From an uncultured Chlamydiae bacterium (lineage in GTDB: Bacteria > Chlamydiota > Chlamydiia > Chlamydiales > JAJFMB01), in contig CAVOJR010000001.1 in the NCBI GenBank assembly GCA_963696295.1, positions 1,632,001 through 1,696,000 of the forward strand: 64,000 nt of DNA. The letters run 5' to 3'. The position numbers were made by a program, and so were the translations under genes. This document shows positions 31,660 through 40,788 of the stretch, in pieces (position 1 is the stretch's first letter; every line of letters begins with the position of its first letter). Below the pieces are notes generated by a model. That model saw only the letters and a list, made by a program, of their open reading frames with translations. It did no database searches and was not told where the DNA came from.

Positions 31660-34261
31660 TCAGAAGTTCTCGCGCTTTTTTTAGGGCTTCCGGAACCATC
31701 TGAGGGGCTTTGCCTCCTGCCTGGGCGCTTCCTGCTTTGCCTCCGCCGCCCCCTTCAATGATGGGAGCTATCGTTTTGATCATCTGGCCGGCGTTAACCC
31801 CTTTGGCGACCAGATCATCGCTCACTCTGACGAGCAGGTTGCCCCGCTCTTCGAAAGCCGAGCCCAGAACTGTCACGACGGAGGGCATTTGCTTGGCGAT
31901 CTCCTCGGCGACGATCCTCATCTCATCGGGGGAGAGAGAAACTTCAGCGATGATGCAGGGGAGGCTGCGATGCTGTTCGGTTTTGCAGATCAGATTAGCC
32001 ACCAGACCTTTGAGCTGCTCTTTGCGGTAATGGTCCATCTCCTGGTTCAGAAGGCGGTTTTCTTCGAGCAGCTTCTCTACCCGCTCCTCAATTTTCTGCG
32101 GCTGTGTTTTTAAAGAGGCGGCGAGATGTTCGAGCACCGTTTCGCTTTGCCTTGCCAGCGCTTCGGCCTCATGCCCCGTCACCGCTTCGATGCGGCGCAC
32201 TCCAGCGGCAATGCTGCTCTCTTTGGCGACGCGGAAATAGCCGATGTTTCCGACTGCGGCAGTGTGGGTGCCCCCGCAAAGCTCCTTCGAGTAGTCGATG
32301 TCGATGACGCGCACTGTGGAGCCGTATTTCTCGCCAAAAAACTGTTTGATTTCAGGTTGTTTTTGCGCTTCGTCGAAGGGGATTTCGTAGCTCTTTACCC
32401 GCTGGTTCTGCCGGATTTTCCCATTGACCAGATCTTCGATCAGGACAATCTCCTCTTTAGATAGGGGTTTGTGGTGGCTAAAGTCGAAGCGCAGGCGGTT
32501 CGCGTCGACCACCGATCCCGCTTGTTTGACGTGGGGGCCGAGCACCTGGTGCAGCGCCCAATGGAGCAGGTGGGTGGCAGTGTGGTTATTGGCGATTTTT
32601 TGCCGCCTTTCGGTGTCGACTTTGGCTGTGAGCTTGTCTCCGACTTTGACTTCCCCTTTTTTCAGGCAGCCCACATGGGCGATGATATCCGTAAAGGGGG
32701 ATTGGCAGTCGTTGACCTGGAAAAGCGCCGCATTATTCAAAATGCCCGTATCGCCGATTTGGCCGCCCATTTCGGCGTAAAAAGGGGTTTGATCCAGAAT
32801 GATCATCCCTTCATCCCCTTCCTTCATTTTGTCGACCAGGGCGCCGTCCACCACAATGGCTACCACTTTTCCATGGGATTCATGGATATCGTATCCCAGG
32901 AAAGCGGTCTTTGGAATATCGTTGAAGAGGCTCTCGGAGACCACTTGCTGCACCGTTTTGTGCACTTTGCGCGAGCGCTCTTTAGCTTCCAGCTCCAGGG
33001 CTTCATACCGCTTCGTGTCGACGGCCAGGCTGCTGTCTTTGGCGAGGAGAAGGATCTCTTCGATCGGCAGACCATAGGTGTCTTTCAGCTTAAAAGCGTC
33101 TTCTCCCGAAATGAGGTTCTGATGCCCTTTGGCTTCCGTCACGATCTGGTTTAAGATATTGCCTCCGCGCCTTAAAGTGCGGATGAAGGCCTCTTCTTCA
33201 GCGGTCAGGATTTCGGCGATCCGCTCATTGGCGCTCTTCAGTTCCGGATAGTCATCGCCCATTTTATCCATTAAGGCCGGGAGAAGTTCCGCCAGGAAGG
33301 GGCGGTCGATATTGAGTTGTTTGCCATATCGGACGGCTCGCCGCAGCACCTTTCTTAAGACGTAGCCCCTTTCGACGTTGCTCGGCTGGGCGCCGTCGGC
33401 AATGGCAAAAGAGAGGCAGCGCATATGATCCGCGATCACGCGGAAGGCGGAAGAGCGGTTATCCTGCAAATCGTAGCGAACGCCGGAGACTTTCTCGACT
33501 TCGCTGATAATGGCGCGCAAAATATCGGTTTCGAAGACGCTGTCGACGCCCATTTTGAGATCGATGATCCGCTCCAGGCCGGCGCCTGTGTCGACCGAGG
33601 GTTTCGGCAGGGGGACGAGCACTCCGTCTGCCGTGCGGTTGAACTGCATGAAGACCAGGTTCCAGAACTCGAGGTAGCGCTCGCCGCCCGTATCCCCTTT
33701 AAGGGTCTCGCTCGGGCCATACTTGGGCCCTTTGTCGTAGTAGAGCTCGGAGCAGGGGCCGCAGGGGCCCGTGTCGCCCATCGACCAGAAATTGTCCGCT
33801 TCCCCGAAGCGGGTGATGCGGCTCGCCGGGACATAATGGGTCCACATTTCGAAGGCTTCGTCGTCTTCGGTAAAGACGCTCGGCCAGATGCGTTCAGGGT
33901 CGAAACCGAACACCCCTGTGGCCGCCTCCCAGGCGAACTTAATCGCTTCATGTTTGAAATAATCGCCGAAGGAGAAATTGCCGAGCATTTCGAAGAAGGT
34001 CAAATGCCTTTTTGTGTGGCCGACATTTTCCAGATCGTTGTGTTTGCCGCCGACGCGGATGCACTTTTGGGATGTGGCGGCGCGCCGGTAATCGCGCACG
34101 CTTTTCCCGAGAAAGACATCTTTGAATTGATTCATGCCCGCGTTAGTGAATAAAAGGGTGGGATCGTCGTGGGGGACGACGGAAGAGGAGGGGACAACGA
34201 CATGCCCCTTATCTTTAAAATAGCGCAAAAAATCTCTTCTAAGCGATCGGCTCTGGTCCAT
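31643..34261 (-). CDS. alaS: Alanine--tRNA ligase
   Basis: [50 protein letters not shown]. Confidence 0.98.
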   Translation of the reverse strand: MDQSRSLRRDFLRYFKDKGHVVVPSSSVVPHDDPTLLFTNAGMNQFKDVFLGKSVRDYRRAATSQKCIRVGGKHNDLENVGHTKRHLTFFEMLGNFSFGDYFKHEAIKFAWEAATGVFGFDPERIWPSVFTEDDEAFEMWTHYVPASRITRFGEADNFWSMGDTGPCGPCSELYYDKGPKYGPSETLKGDTGGERYLEFWNLVFMQFNRTADGVLVPLPKPSVDTGAGLERIIDLKMGVDSVFETDILRAIISEVEKVSGVRYDLQDNRSSAFRVIADHMRCLSFAIADGAQPSNVERGYVLRKVLRRAVRYGKQLNIDRPFLAELLPALMDKMGDDYPELKSANERIAEILTAEEEAFIRTLRRGGNILNQIVTEAKGHQNLISGEDAFKLKDTYGLPIEEILLLAKDSSLAVDTKRYEALELEAKERSRKVHKTVQQVVSESLFNDIPKTAFLGYDIHESHGKVVAIVVDGALVDKMKEGDEGMIILDQTPFYAEMGGQIGDTGILNNAALFQVNDCQSPFTDIIAHVGCLKKGEVKVGDKLTAKVDTERRQKIANNHTATHLLHWALHQVLGPHVKQAGSVVDANRLRFDFSHHKPLSKEEIVLIEDLVNGKIRQNQRVKSYEIPFDEAQKQPEIKQFFGEKYGSTVRVIDIDYSKELCGGTHTAAVGNIGYFRVAKESSIAAGVRRIEAVTGHEAEALARQSETVLEHLAASLKTQPQKIEERVEKLLEENRLLNQEMDHYRKEQLKGLVANLICKTEQHRSLPCIIAEVSLSPDEMRIVAEEIAKQMPSVVTVLGSAFEERGNLLVRVSDDLVAKGVNAGQMIKTIAPIIEGGGGGKAGSAQAGGKAPQMVPEALKKARELLNGSLV

Positions 34262-34324
34262 AAGAATGCCTCATTTTACAAGGCATTATAACCAGCGGGA
34301 AAGAACTTGTCTAGGTAATTACAT

Positions 34325-34474
34325 TCACATCTTAAATGCCGAAAAAACCAACGAAAGAAGTCCTGAAAGAATCAATTTCCCAGCTAATTTTTGGATAGTA
34401 GTTGTTTTATGGGTTTTTTCATAAAGCATTCCTCCAGACACTGCTTTTAATTCTTCACTATTTAGAACTTTCAT
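34325..34474 (-). CDS. Double-glycine leader precursor peptide 6 (49 aa)
   Basis: Hand-translated MKVLNSEELKAVSGG|MLYEKTHKTTTIQKLAGKLILSGLLSLVFSAFKM; AAGGAGG RBS. Confidence 0.88.
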   Translation of the reverse strand: MKVLNSEELKAVSGGMLYEKTHKTTTIQKLAGKLILSGLLSLVFSAFKM

Positions 34475-34508
34475 AAAACCCTCCTTAATGATTACATCCG
34501 ATTATTTC

Positions 34509-34670
34509 TCATTTTTTAAAGAGATCTGATAAAAGGCCTTGAACTATTTGCAATTCTACACCTTTTTTAATATGTATAACAAAGGTTCCTATCTTTATCA
34601 CGCCTCCAGAGACCTTTTTATAAGCTAATCCTCCTCGGACGTCTTTTAATTCTTCATATAGCCTTTTCAT
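34509..34670 (-). CDS. Double-glycine leader precursor peptide 5 (53 aa)
   Basis: Hand-translated MKRLYEELKDVRGG|LAYKKVSGG|VIKIGTFVIHIKKGVELQIVQGLLSDLFKK; AGGGGGA RBS. Confidence 0.85.
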   Translation of the reverse strand: MKRLYEELKDVRGGLAYKKVSGGVIKIGTFVIHIKKGVELQIVQGLLSDLFKK

Positions 34671-34712
34671 AAATCCCCCTTTTAATCGCTCCCCTCTCCT
34701 CTGAGGAGATGA

Positions 34713-34919
34713 TTATAGAAACAAACGTACCAAGCCTTGTAAACCACCACTTACATGAATGACTTCTCGATAAACAACTGGGCGACCGTTGCCACCAAAA
34801 GGATTATAAGTACCACCAGAAGGATTATAAGTACCAACAGGAAAATGACGACGAGTTTTTTCGTCCATAACAACCCCCCCCCATACTGCTTTTAATTCTT
34901 CCACATTTAAAGCTTTAAT
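34713..34919 (-). CDS. Double-glycine leader precursor peptide 4 (68 codons, ATT in place of ATG)
   Basis: (I)KALNVEELKAVWGG|VVMDEKTRRHFPVGTYNPSGGTYNPFGGNGRPVVYREVIHVSGGLQGLVRLFL; GGAGGT-ATT-ATT where paralog 1 has GGAGGT-ATG-ATG; ORF track starts at GTG 34904. Confidence 0.75.
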   Translation of the reverse strand: MKALNVEELKAVWGGVVMDEKTRRHFPVGTYNPSGGTYNPFGGNGRPVVYREVIHVSGGLQGLVRLFL

Positions 34920-34974
34920 AATACCTCCAATTAGTTTTAATTATTTAAAAGATTAAGTTCGGCAAGTCTCAATA

Positions 34975-35142
34975 TTAAAGTGTTGTTGCTGTTGTTGGTG
35001 ATGATCGCACGGAACGATTGTCAAAGCCAATTCGGACGTGGATGTCTAAAAATACATGTTGGAAACCAACAAAATGAATTACTCTAACTTTTTCTGAGCC
35101 GCCACATACTACTTTTAACTCTTCTATATTTAAAGCTTTCAT
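34975..35142 (-). CDS. Double-glycine leader precursor peptide 3 (55 aa)
   Basis: Hand-translated MKALNIEELKVVCGG|SEKVRVIHFVGFQHVFLDIHVRIGFDNRSVRSSPTTATTL; GAGGTG RBS. Confidence 0.87.
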   Translation of the reverse strand: MKALNIEELKVVCGGSEKVRVIHFVGFQHVFLDIHVRIGFDNRSVRSSPTTATTL

Positions 35143-35173
35143 AATACACCTCACTCTATACTATACCCAATTC

Positions 35174-35182
35174 ATTATAGCA
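35174..35182 (-). promoter_or_regulatory. Extended -10 promoter element upstream of precursor 3
   Basis: Minus-strand TGCTATAAT about 30 nt upstream of the ATG, inside a 16-mer (TTTATGCTATAATGAA) shared with the copy upstream of precursor 1. Confidence 0.6.
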
Positions 35183-35250
35183 TAAATAAATTAATTTATC
35201 CAGTGTAGCAACATCCATAAAATAAAGATTAAGTTCGGTGTTATAGAAAA

Positions 35251-35382
35251 TTACAAAAGTTTTAAAATCAATTTTTGGACAGTTGTGTGAACGACTTCCG
35301 GATGATACCACCAATGCTTACGTTCTTTATCAAAACCGCCGCCAACTGCTTTTAATTCTTCCACGTTTAATGCTTTCATCAT
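35251..35382 (-). CDS. Double-glycine leader precursor peptide 2 (43 aa)
   Basis: Hand-translated MMKALNVEELKAVGGG|FDKERKHWWYHPEVVHTTVQKLILKLL; GAGAGG RBS. Confidence 0.88.
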   Translation of the reverse strand: MMKALNVEELKAVGGGFDKERKHWWYHPEVVHTTVQKLILKLL

Positions 35383-35453
35383 AACCTCTCTTTATAAATT
35401 AATTTTTATACTACCATCCATAAAATATAGATTAAGTTCTGTATTATAGAAAA

Positions 35454-35612
35454 TTACAAAAGTTTTAAAATCAATTTTTGGACAGTTGTGTGAACGACTT
35501 CCGGATGATACCACCAATGCTTACGTTCTTTATCAACACCGCCCAATACAGTGCTGCCGCCGCCGCCGCCCCATACTGCTTTTAATTCTTCCACGTTTAA
35601 TGCTTTCATCAT
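35454..35612 (-). CDS. Double-glycine leader precursor peptide 1 (52 aa; second ATG at 35609 may be the start)
   Basis: Hand-translated MMKALNVEELKAVWGG|GGGSTVLGGVDKERKHWWYHPEVVHTTVQKLILKLL; AGGAGG RBS. Confidence 0.88.
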   Translation of the reverse strand: MMKALNVEELKAVWGGGGGSTVLGGVDKERKHWWYHPEVVHTTVQKLILKLL

Positions 35613-35650
35613 ACCTCCTATCTGGATGCCACTTATATCCAGTTACTTTC

Positions 35651-35659
35651 ATTATAGCA
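35651..35659 (-). promoter_or_regulatory. Extended -10 promoter element upstream of precursor 1
   Basis: Minus-strand TGCTATAAT about 40 nt upstream of the ATG. Confidence 0.6.
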
Positions 35660-35803
35660 TAAACAGATTTATTTAACCATCAACACTCAAAAAAGCATTC
35701 CCTAAACCGCAGAGCGAATTTCGTAAAAGAAAGATTAAGTTCGGCAAGAAATAAAAATTTCTGTATATGGAAAGTTCGACTTCAAAATGGGTGTTGATCG
35801 AAT

Positions 35804-37033
35804 ATGGCAGAAGAAAAAAAACTAAAACCTTTCCATCTCTTCGAAGAACGGATGGTGGTCGTTTCCTATCGCTCCTGGGTGGTGGTGGCGACTCTGCTCG
35901 CTTTGACCCTCGCTTTCCTCACATGGTCGATATTCGGCAGCATCTCTGTTAAAGCCTCGGGCCTTGCCATCTCTTTAACCAGGGAAGGAATCATCCACGT
36001 CCCCTCCCGGGAAAAGGGGCGGGTCGCTGAATTGAAAGTGAAGCCGGGCGATGAGGTAAAGCCGGGCACGCCCATAGCTACTATCTACGACCTCTCACTC
36101 GACGTGGATCTGAAAAACGCCGTCAAACGAAAAGATGAGCTGCTGGCCGATTACCAGACAGCCAAGAAAATCGATGAGCGGGAGCAAACTGAGCGGAACG
36201 TCTCTTTAAACCGGGATATGGATTCGACAAAATTCGCCCTCTTGCAAAGAGAGAAGCAAATCCCCTTCCTCTCCAAAGACGTGGAATCAAAAAGAACCCT
36301 TTTTAAAGAGGGGCTGATCTCTGCCAGCCAGCTAGCCGACGCGGAAAAAATTCTGATGGAAGAGCGGATCAACATGGAGCAGCTAAAGGCGAAAATGATC
36401 GAGCTGAACACGGAGCTGAAAAAAAGTTACAAGTCGGAAGAATTAACCCGCGACCAGCAGCAATATTATGATGCGCTAAACCGGGTCAATGAACTCAAAG
36501 CCCGCAGCAGCTATTTGAATGTAGTCAGCCCTTCGCAGGGTACCATTTTAGAGGTGCAGGCCGCCGTCGGGGACGAGATCAAAGAGGGGCAGTCGATCGC
36601 GTTGATCGAGAAGCCGAAAATGGCCAATGAAGAATACCTTTTCTACTGCTACATACCGAGCGAGCAGGGGAACAAGGTCAAAATAGGGATGCCGGCGGAA
36701 TTGAAATTGGCCGTGGTCGATCCGGCCAAGTTCGGGTATCTCCTCGGCAAGGTGGAAAGCGTGTCGAGTTTTCCGGCGACCGCCTTAAGGGTGTTCAGCG
36801 TCGTGCAAAGCGAAGACCTGGTTAACTTTCTTCTCAATAAACATCAAGCGGTTACGGAAGTCATTGTTAAACCGATCCCAGAACCTTCCAATCCCAGCGG
36901 CTACCGCTGGTCGTCGGGAAAAGGGCCCAATATCTCGCTTCGCAGCGGTCTTGTCGCAGAGGTGAGAATCACGGTAGAAAAGAGGCGTCCGATTTCCTAT
37001 CTCTTTCCTGAATGGTGGGTGGTGGGAACTTAA
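35804..37033 (+). CDS. NHLP-bacteriocin-type HlyD membrane fusion protein
   Basis: N-terminal TM ending WSIFGSI, lipoyl-like VKPGDEVKPG, coiled coil, FGYLLGKVESVSSFP, SGYRWSSGKGP, VEKRRPISYLFP. Confidence 0.9.
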   Translation: MAEEKKLKPFHLFEERMVVVSYRSWVVVATLLALTLAFLTWSIFGSISVKASGLAISLTREGIIHVPSREKGRVAELKVKPGDEVKPGTPIATIYDLSLDVDLKNAVKRKDELLADYQTAKKIDEREQTERNVSLNRDMDSTKFALLQREKQIPFLSKDVESKRTLFKEGLISASQLADAEKILMEERINMEQLKAKMIELNTELKKSYKSEELTRDQQQYYDALNRVNELKARSSYLNVVSPSQGTILEVQAAVGDEIKEGQSIALIEKPKMANEEYLFYCYIPSEQGNKVKIGMPAELKLAVVDPAKFGYLLGKVESVSSFPATALRVFSVVQSEDLVNFLLNKHQAVTEVIVKPIPEPSNPSGYRWSSGKGPNISLRSGLVAEVRITVEKRRPISYLFPEWWVVGT

Positions 37034-37034
37034 A

Positions 37035-38654
37035 ATGCGCAAATTTTTCTTTTTATTATTTTTGACTTGTTCCCTTGCGGCCGAAGAGAATTTCCAGCCG
37101 AAAAAACTGGAGCTCAGCGAAAAAGAGATCAAAACCGATTGGGGCAAGCGAAACCCCTGCGGAAAAGATATACCCTTATCTTTGCGCCAGGCTATGCAAT
37201 TCACCCTGGAATATCAGCAGAAAGTCAAAATCTCGATCGAACAGGTCAACCATCAGGCTGGGGTGGTGCAGGAATATGGCGCGCCTTTCGACTGGCTGTC
37301 AGAATTCGATCTGCAGCTGATAAAAGTGCAAAACGCCGCAAGCATCTATGTTAGTACGAGGGAACCGGGGGATAACAACACGGCGACCATCTCGGAATCG
37401 AAAAAGTTCCGCATCGGCACGGAGGTGTCTGTCAAAGGGGAAATCCAACAGGTGCACGATCCTTCTTTAGTCCAGCCGCCCATCACTCCTGCCACTGCCA
37501 GCTACCCCTTATACAATATGAGCAGCATCACCTTTCATATCAATCAGCCTTTTTTAAAGGGGTTTCTCTACGGAGTGGAAGCGATGCGGGAGAGGGCCAG
37601 CGTCTGGAATTTAAAATCGGTCTATTACGATTCCCTTTTCAGCATCTCTCAGGATGTTCTCGAAACGGTCAACCGCTATTGGGATGTGGTCGCCGCTCAG
37701 CAGGAGCTTAAGGTGCGGAAAGCATCGGTGGAGAGTTTTGAATTGCTGGTGCGCAAAACCAAAAGGCTGGTCGATGAAAATCAGCTCGCCCCTTCCGAAA
37801 TCAACCAGCCGCTCGCCAACCTCGCTTCGGAAAGGGTCAGTTATTTCACGGCTCAGCAAGTCCTTTATTCGGCTATGCAGAACCTGAAATTGGCGATCGG
37901 GATAGTACCGACCGTTTGCATTTCGAAAGATCTTATCGATGCCGTGGACGATTTTCCCGAGCTCCTCTCCGAAGGGGATCTTTGTTCCCTGATGGACGCT
38001 TTTGTTCAGTACGGCATTAAATACCGGCTCGATTTGAAAGCTTCCCTGATGAGGGAAAATGAATTTAGAACCCTCTTGACAGGGTCCAGAAACGAATTAT
38101 TGCCGAGGCTGGATGTTTTTGGAGAGTATAACATCACCTATTACAGCCGCGGCAGGGAATCAAGAGAGTTTTTCTCCTCTCTCGATTACCAATATCCGGA
38201 AAGAAACTACACGGTGGGTCTGGTCTTGTCGCGCCCTTTGTGCAACGACGAAGCTAAAGGGCACTACCGCCAAAACATGGCCGATTTGCGCAGAACCACC
38301 TATGAAACCATCGAATTGAAACAGACGATTATGACAAATGTGATGAACGCCTGGATGAACCACTTCCGCTTTCTGAAAGAGATCGGTGACGCCAAAAAAG
38401 CGACGGAGTACTTTGGAAAATTGGTGGATGATGAAGGTAAGAGGCTCGTGGCCGGCGTCGGTTCGCTGTTTAATCTGATCGATTATCAAAACCGCCTCAC
38501 CGACAGCCAGGCCCGTTTGATCAATATCAGGCATGACTATGCGCAGAATTTAGCAAGGCTTCATTTTGAAACAGGACTGCTTTTAGAGCCCGATTCTAAA
38601 TTATGCTCCTTCGCCGTACAAAATGTCATGCATTTGCCGGTGGCCCATGATTAA
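37035..38654 (+). CDS. TolC-family outer membrane efflux protein
   Basis: Signal peptide, LSLRQAMQFTLE, INQPFLKG, YWDVVAAQQ, ELLPRLD; lies between HlyD and ABC genes. Confidence 0.88.
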   Translation: MRKFFFLLFLTCSLAAEENFQPKKLELSEKEIKTDWGKRNPCGKDIPLSLRQAMQFTLEYQQKVKISIEQVNHQAGVVQEYGAPFDWLSEFDLQLIKVQNAASIYVSTREPGDNNTATISESKKFRIGTEVSVKGEIQQVHDPSLVQPPITPATASYPLYNMSSITFHINQPFLKGFLYGVEAMRERASVWNLKSVYYDSLFSISQDVLETVNRYWDVVAAQQELKVRKASVESFELLVRKTKRLVDENQLAPSEINQPLANLASERVSYFTAQQVLYSAMQNLKLAIGIVPTVCISKDLIDAVDDFPELLSEGDLCSLMDAFVQYGIKYRLDLKASLMRENEFRTLLTGSRNELLPRLDVFGEYNITYYSRGRESREFFSSLDYQYPERNYTVGLVLSRPLCNDEAKGHYRQNMADLRRTTYETIELKQTIMTNVMNAWMNHFRFLKEIGDAKKATEYFGKLVDDEGKRLVAGVGSLFNLIDYQNRLTDSQARLINIRHDYAQNLARLHFETGLLLEPDSKLCSFAVQNVMHLPVAHD

Positions 38655-40788
38655 CTTTTTTTTTGGCAAAAGGGCGAAAACCCCTAATCTGATTCAGATG
38701 GAGGCCTCGGAGTGCGCCTCTACCTCCCTGGCCATCATCCTGGCTTATTATGGCAAATTTGTCCCCTCCGCCGATATCCGCTACCAGTGCGGGGTATCGA
38801 GGGATGGCAGCGATGCCTACAACCTGGTCAAGGCGGCAGAATATTATGGCATGGACGCGAAGGGCTATTATGCCGATCTTGAGCAATTAAAGACCGAAGT
38901 CACTTATCCGGCCATCCTCTATTGGGAGCAAAACCATTTTGTTGTTTTAGAGGGGATTCATAAGGGCTTTGTCTATATCAACGATCCCGCTCTTGGCCAT
39001 TACACGCTGACGGAAAATGAATTTCAAAAATCCTACAGCGGAGTCGTAATCACTTGCGAGCGCACTGACCGGTTTATCAAAGACGGCCACCCCCCGAAAT
39101 TGCTTGGTCCATTGATGCAGCGCATCGAGAAGCTGAAATCGCCCATTGTGGCACTGGGGCTGCTGCAGTTTATTCTGATTGTCGCCTCTTTGGCGGTCGC
39201 CCTTTTTACCCAGGTCTTTGTCGATCAGATGCTGGAACCCCCCATCCCCCTGTGGACGAAGCAGTTTTTGCTCCTCTTTTTAGGCGTGTTCGTCTTGCAG
39301 ACTTTTGCGATGACTCTGCAGGGGTTTTTGCTCAACCGTATGAACGTCAAAATCAACGTTTCTTTATCCACGCGCTTTTTGTGGCATGTATTCCGCCTGC
39401 CGATCTCCTTTTTTCAGCAGCGCTATGTGGGGGAGATCATGCGCCGGATGGGGATGAACACGCAAGTCAGCGCCTATGTCGCCGGACAGCTCAGCTCGAC
39501 GCTGATCAACAGCGTCGTCGTGATCATCTATCTGATAGTGATTTATCAATACGATAAAGTGATGGCCCTGGTTTCTCTTATCGCGATCTTTCTCGATCTG
39601 GGGGCCTTGCTGCTGATCAACGTCCTCAGAAGCTATGCTTATGCCCGTTCTCAACAGATAGAAGCCGCCTATGCCGGCATTTCGATTGATACGCTGCAGA
39701 ACATGGAGAGCGTGCAGCTGCTCGGAAACGACCAGTTCGCCTATCAGCGCACTGTCGGAGCCAATGACAAAATCATCAACACGCTCCAGCAGATCGGGAA
39801 AAAAGAGGCTCTGCTCGGCGCTTTCAGCAGTTGGATCAGCTCATTGGTCGGCATTGCGCTGCTTGGCGTTGGGGGATGGCGGGTGATGTTCGGCTCTTTG
39901 AGCGTGGGGATGTTTGTGACTTTGCAGATTTTGATTCAGCGCTCGCTTGGGCCCATCGCCTCCCTGCTGAGCGTAGGGCTGAAGCTTCCCTTGCTCAAAT
40001 TGGACTTGATGCGGCTGGATGACGTGCTCAACTCACCCATCGATCCTCTGATAGAGAAATCGGAGGAGGAAGAGGAGGGCAAAGAAAAACTGCCTCTACT
40101 GCATGGAGCGGTCGAAATAAAAAATATCAGCTTCGGGTATCAGCCCCTGGATGAACCCCTGATCAAGGATTTGAGCCTGAAGATCTCTCCGAATGAGGTG
40201 CTGGGGGTCAGCGGCCCGAACGGCAGTGGAAAGTCGACTTTGATGAGGCTGATTTTAGGCCATTACCTTCCTTGGAAAGGGGAGATTAAGATCGATGGCC
40301 ACGATATCAAAACGATCCCGTTCAGCCAGCTGCAGGAGAGCATTATATTTGTGGAGCAGAACAACCTGTTCTTTCCGGGAACGGTATTTGAAAATCTGAC
40401 CCTTTGGAATCCTTATGTGCAAGAGGAGGATCTCGTGCGCGTCTGCCAGGCGGCCTGTATCGATGAGGAGATCATCAGGCGCCCGAAAGGGTATCACTAC
40501 CGGATGAATGAAAACGCCTCCGACTTCAGCCAGGGGCAAAAGCAGCGGATGGGGATTGCGCGCGCGCTGCTTGCCAAGCCCTCCCTGCTCATCATTGACG
40601 AGGCTTTAAGCGGAATCGACACCGAGGTGCAAACGCAAGTTATCGAAAATGTGAAAGCGCTGATCCCGACGGTGATTTTGATCTCCCACCGCAATTCCGT
40701 ATTGCGCTTATGCGACCGGTTGATCGTTTTTGAAAAGGGGCGCATTGTGCAGGACGGCGATCCAAGGGAGCTTATTCATGAAGAATAA
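38647..40788 (+). CDS. Peptidase-containing ABC transporter (C39 domain, NHLP ABC1 type)
   Basis: QMEASEC (catalytic Cys), CGVSRDGS, WEQNHFVV (His), YINDPA (Asp); TM domain; GPNGSGKS, FSQGQKQR, IIDEA. Confidence 0.93.
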   Translation: MINFFFGKRAKTPNLIQMEASECASTSLAIILAYYGKFVPSADIRYQCGVSRDGSDAYNLVKAAEYYGMDAKGYYADLEQLKTEVTYPAILYWEQNHFVVLEGIHKGFVYINDPALGHYTLTENEFQKSYSGVVITCERTDRFIKDGHPPKLLGPLMQRIEKLKSPIVALGLLQFILIVASLAVALFTQVFVDQMLEPPIPLWTKQFLLLFLGVFVLQTFAMTLQGFLLNRMNVKINVSLSTRFLWHVFRLPISFFQQRYVGEIMRRMGMNTQVSAYVAGQLSSTLINSVVVIIYLIVIYQYDKVMALVSLIAIFLDLGALLLINVLRSYAYARSQQIEAAYAGISIDTLQNMESVQLLGNDQFAYQRTVGANDKIINTLQQIGKKEALLGAFSSWISSLVGIALLGVGGWRVMFGSLSVGMFVTLQILIQRSLGPIASLLSVGLKLPLLKLDLMRLDDVLNSPIDPLIEKSEEEEEGKEKLPLLHGAVEIKNISFGYQPLDEPLIKDLSLKISPNEVLGVSGPNGSGKSTLMRLILGHYLPWKGEIKIDGHDIKTIPFSQLQESIIFVEQNNLFFPGTVFENLTLWNPYVQEEDLVRVCQAACIDEEIIRRPKGYHYRMNENASDFSQGQKQRMGIARALLAKPSLLIIDEALSGIDTEVQTQVIENVKALIPTVILISHRNSVLRLCDRLIVFEKGRIVQDGDPRELIHEE

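Larger units (their letters stand above)
35212..35613. repeat. Recent tandem duplication producing precursors 1 and 2
   Basis: 35212-35340 matches 35415-35543 (4 mismatches); 35345-35383 is identical to 35575-35613; a 27-bp indel lies between the two blocks. Confidence 0.9.

Noticed and set aside
34951..35748. GATTAAGTTC repeats as a CRISPR or as sigma-28 promoters
   Set aside because: Spacing is 200-300 bp and the intervals encode peptides; the minus strand has a GCCGA-like -10 but no consistent TAAAG -35 at the right distance.
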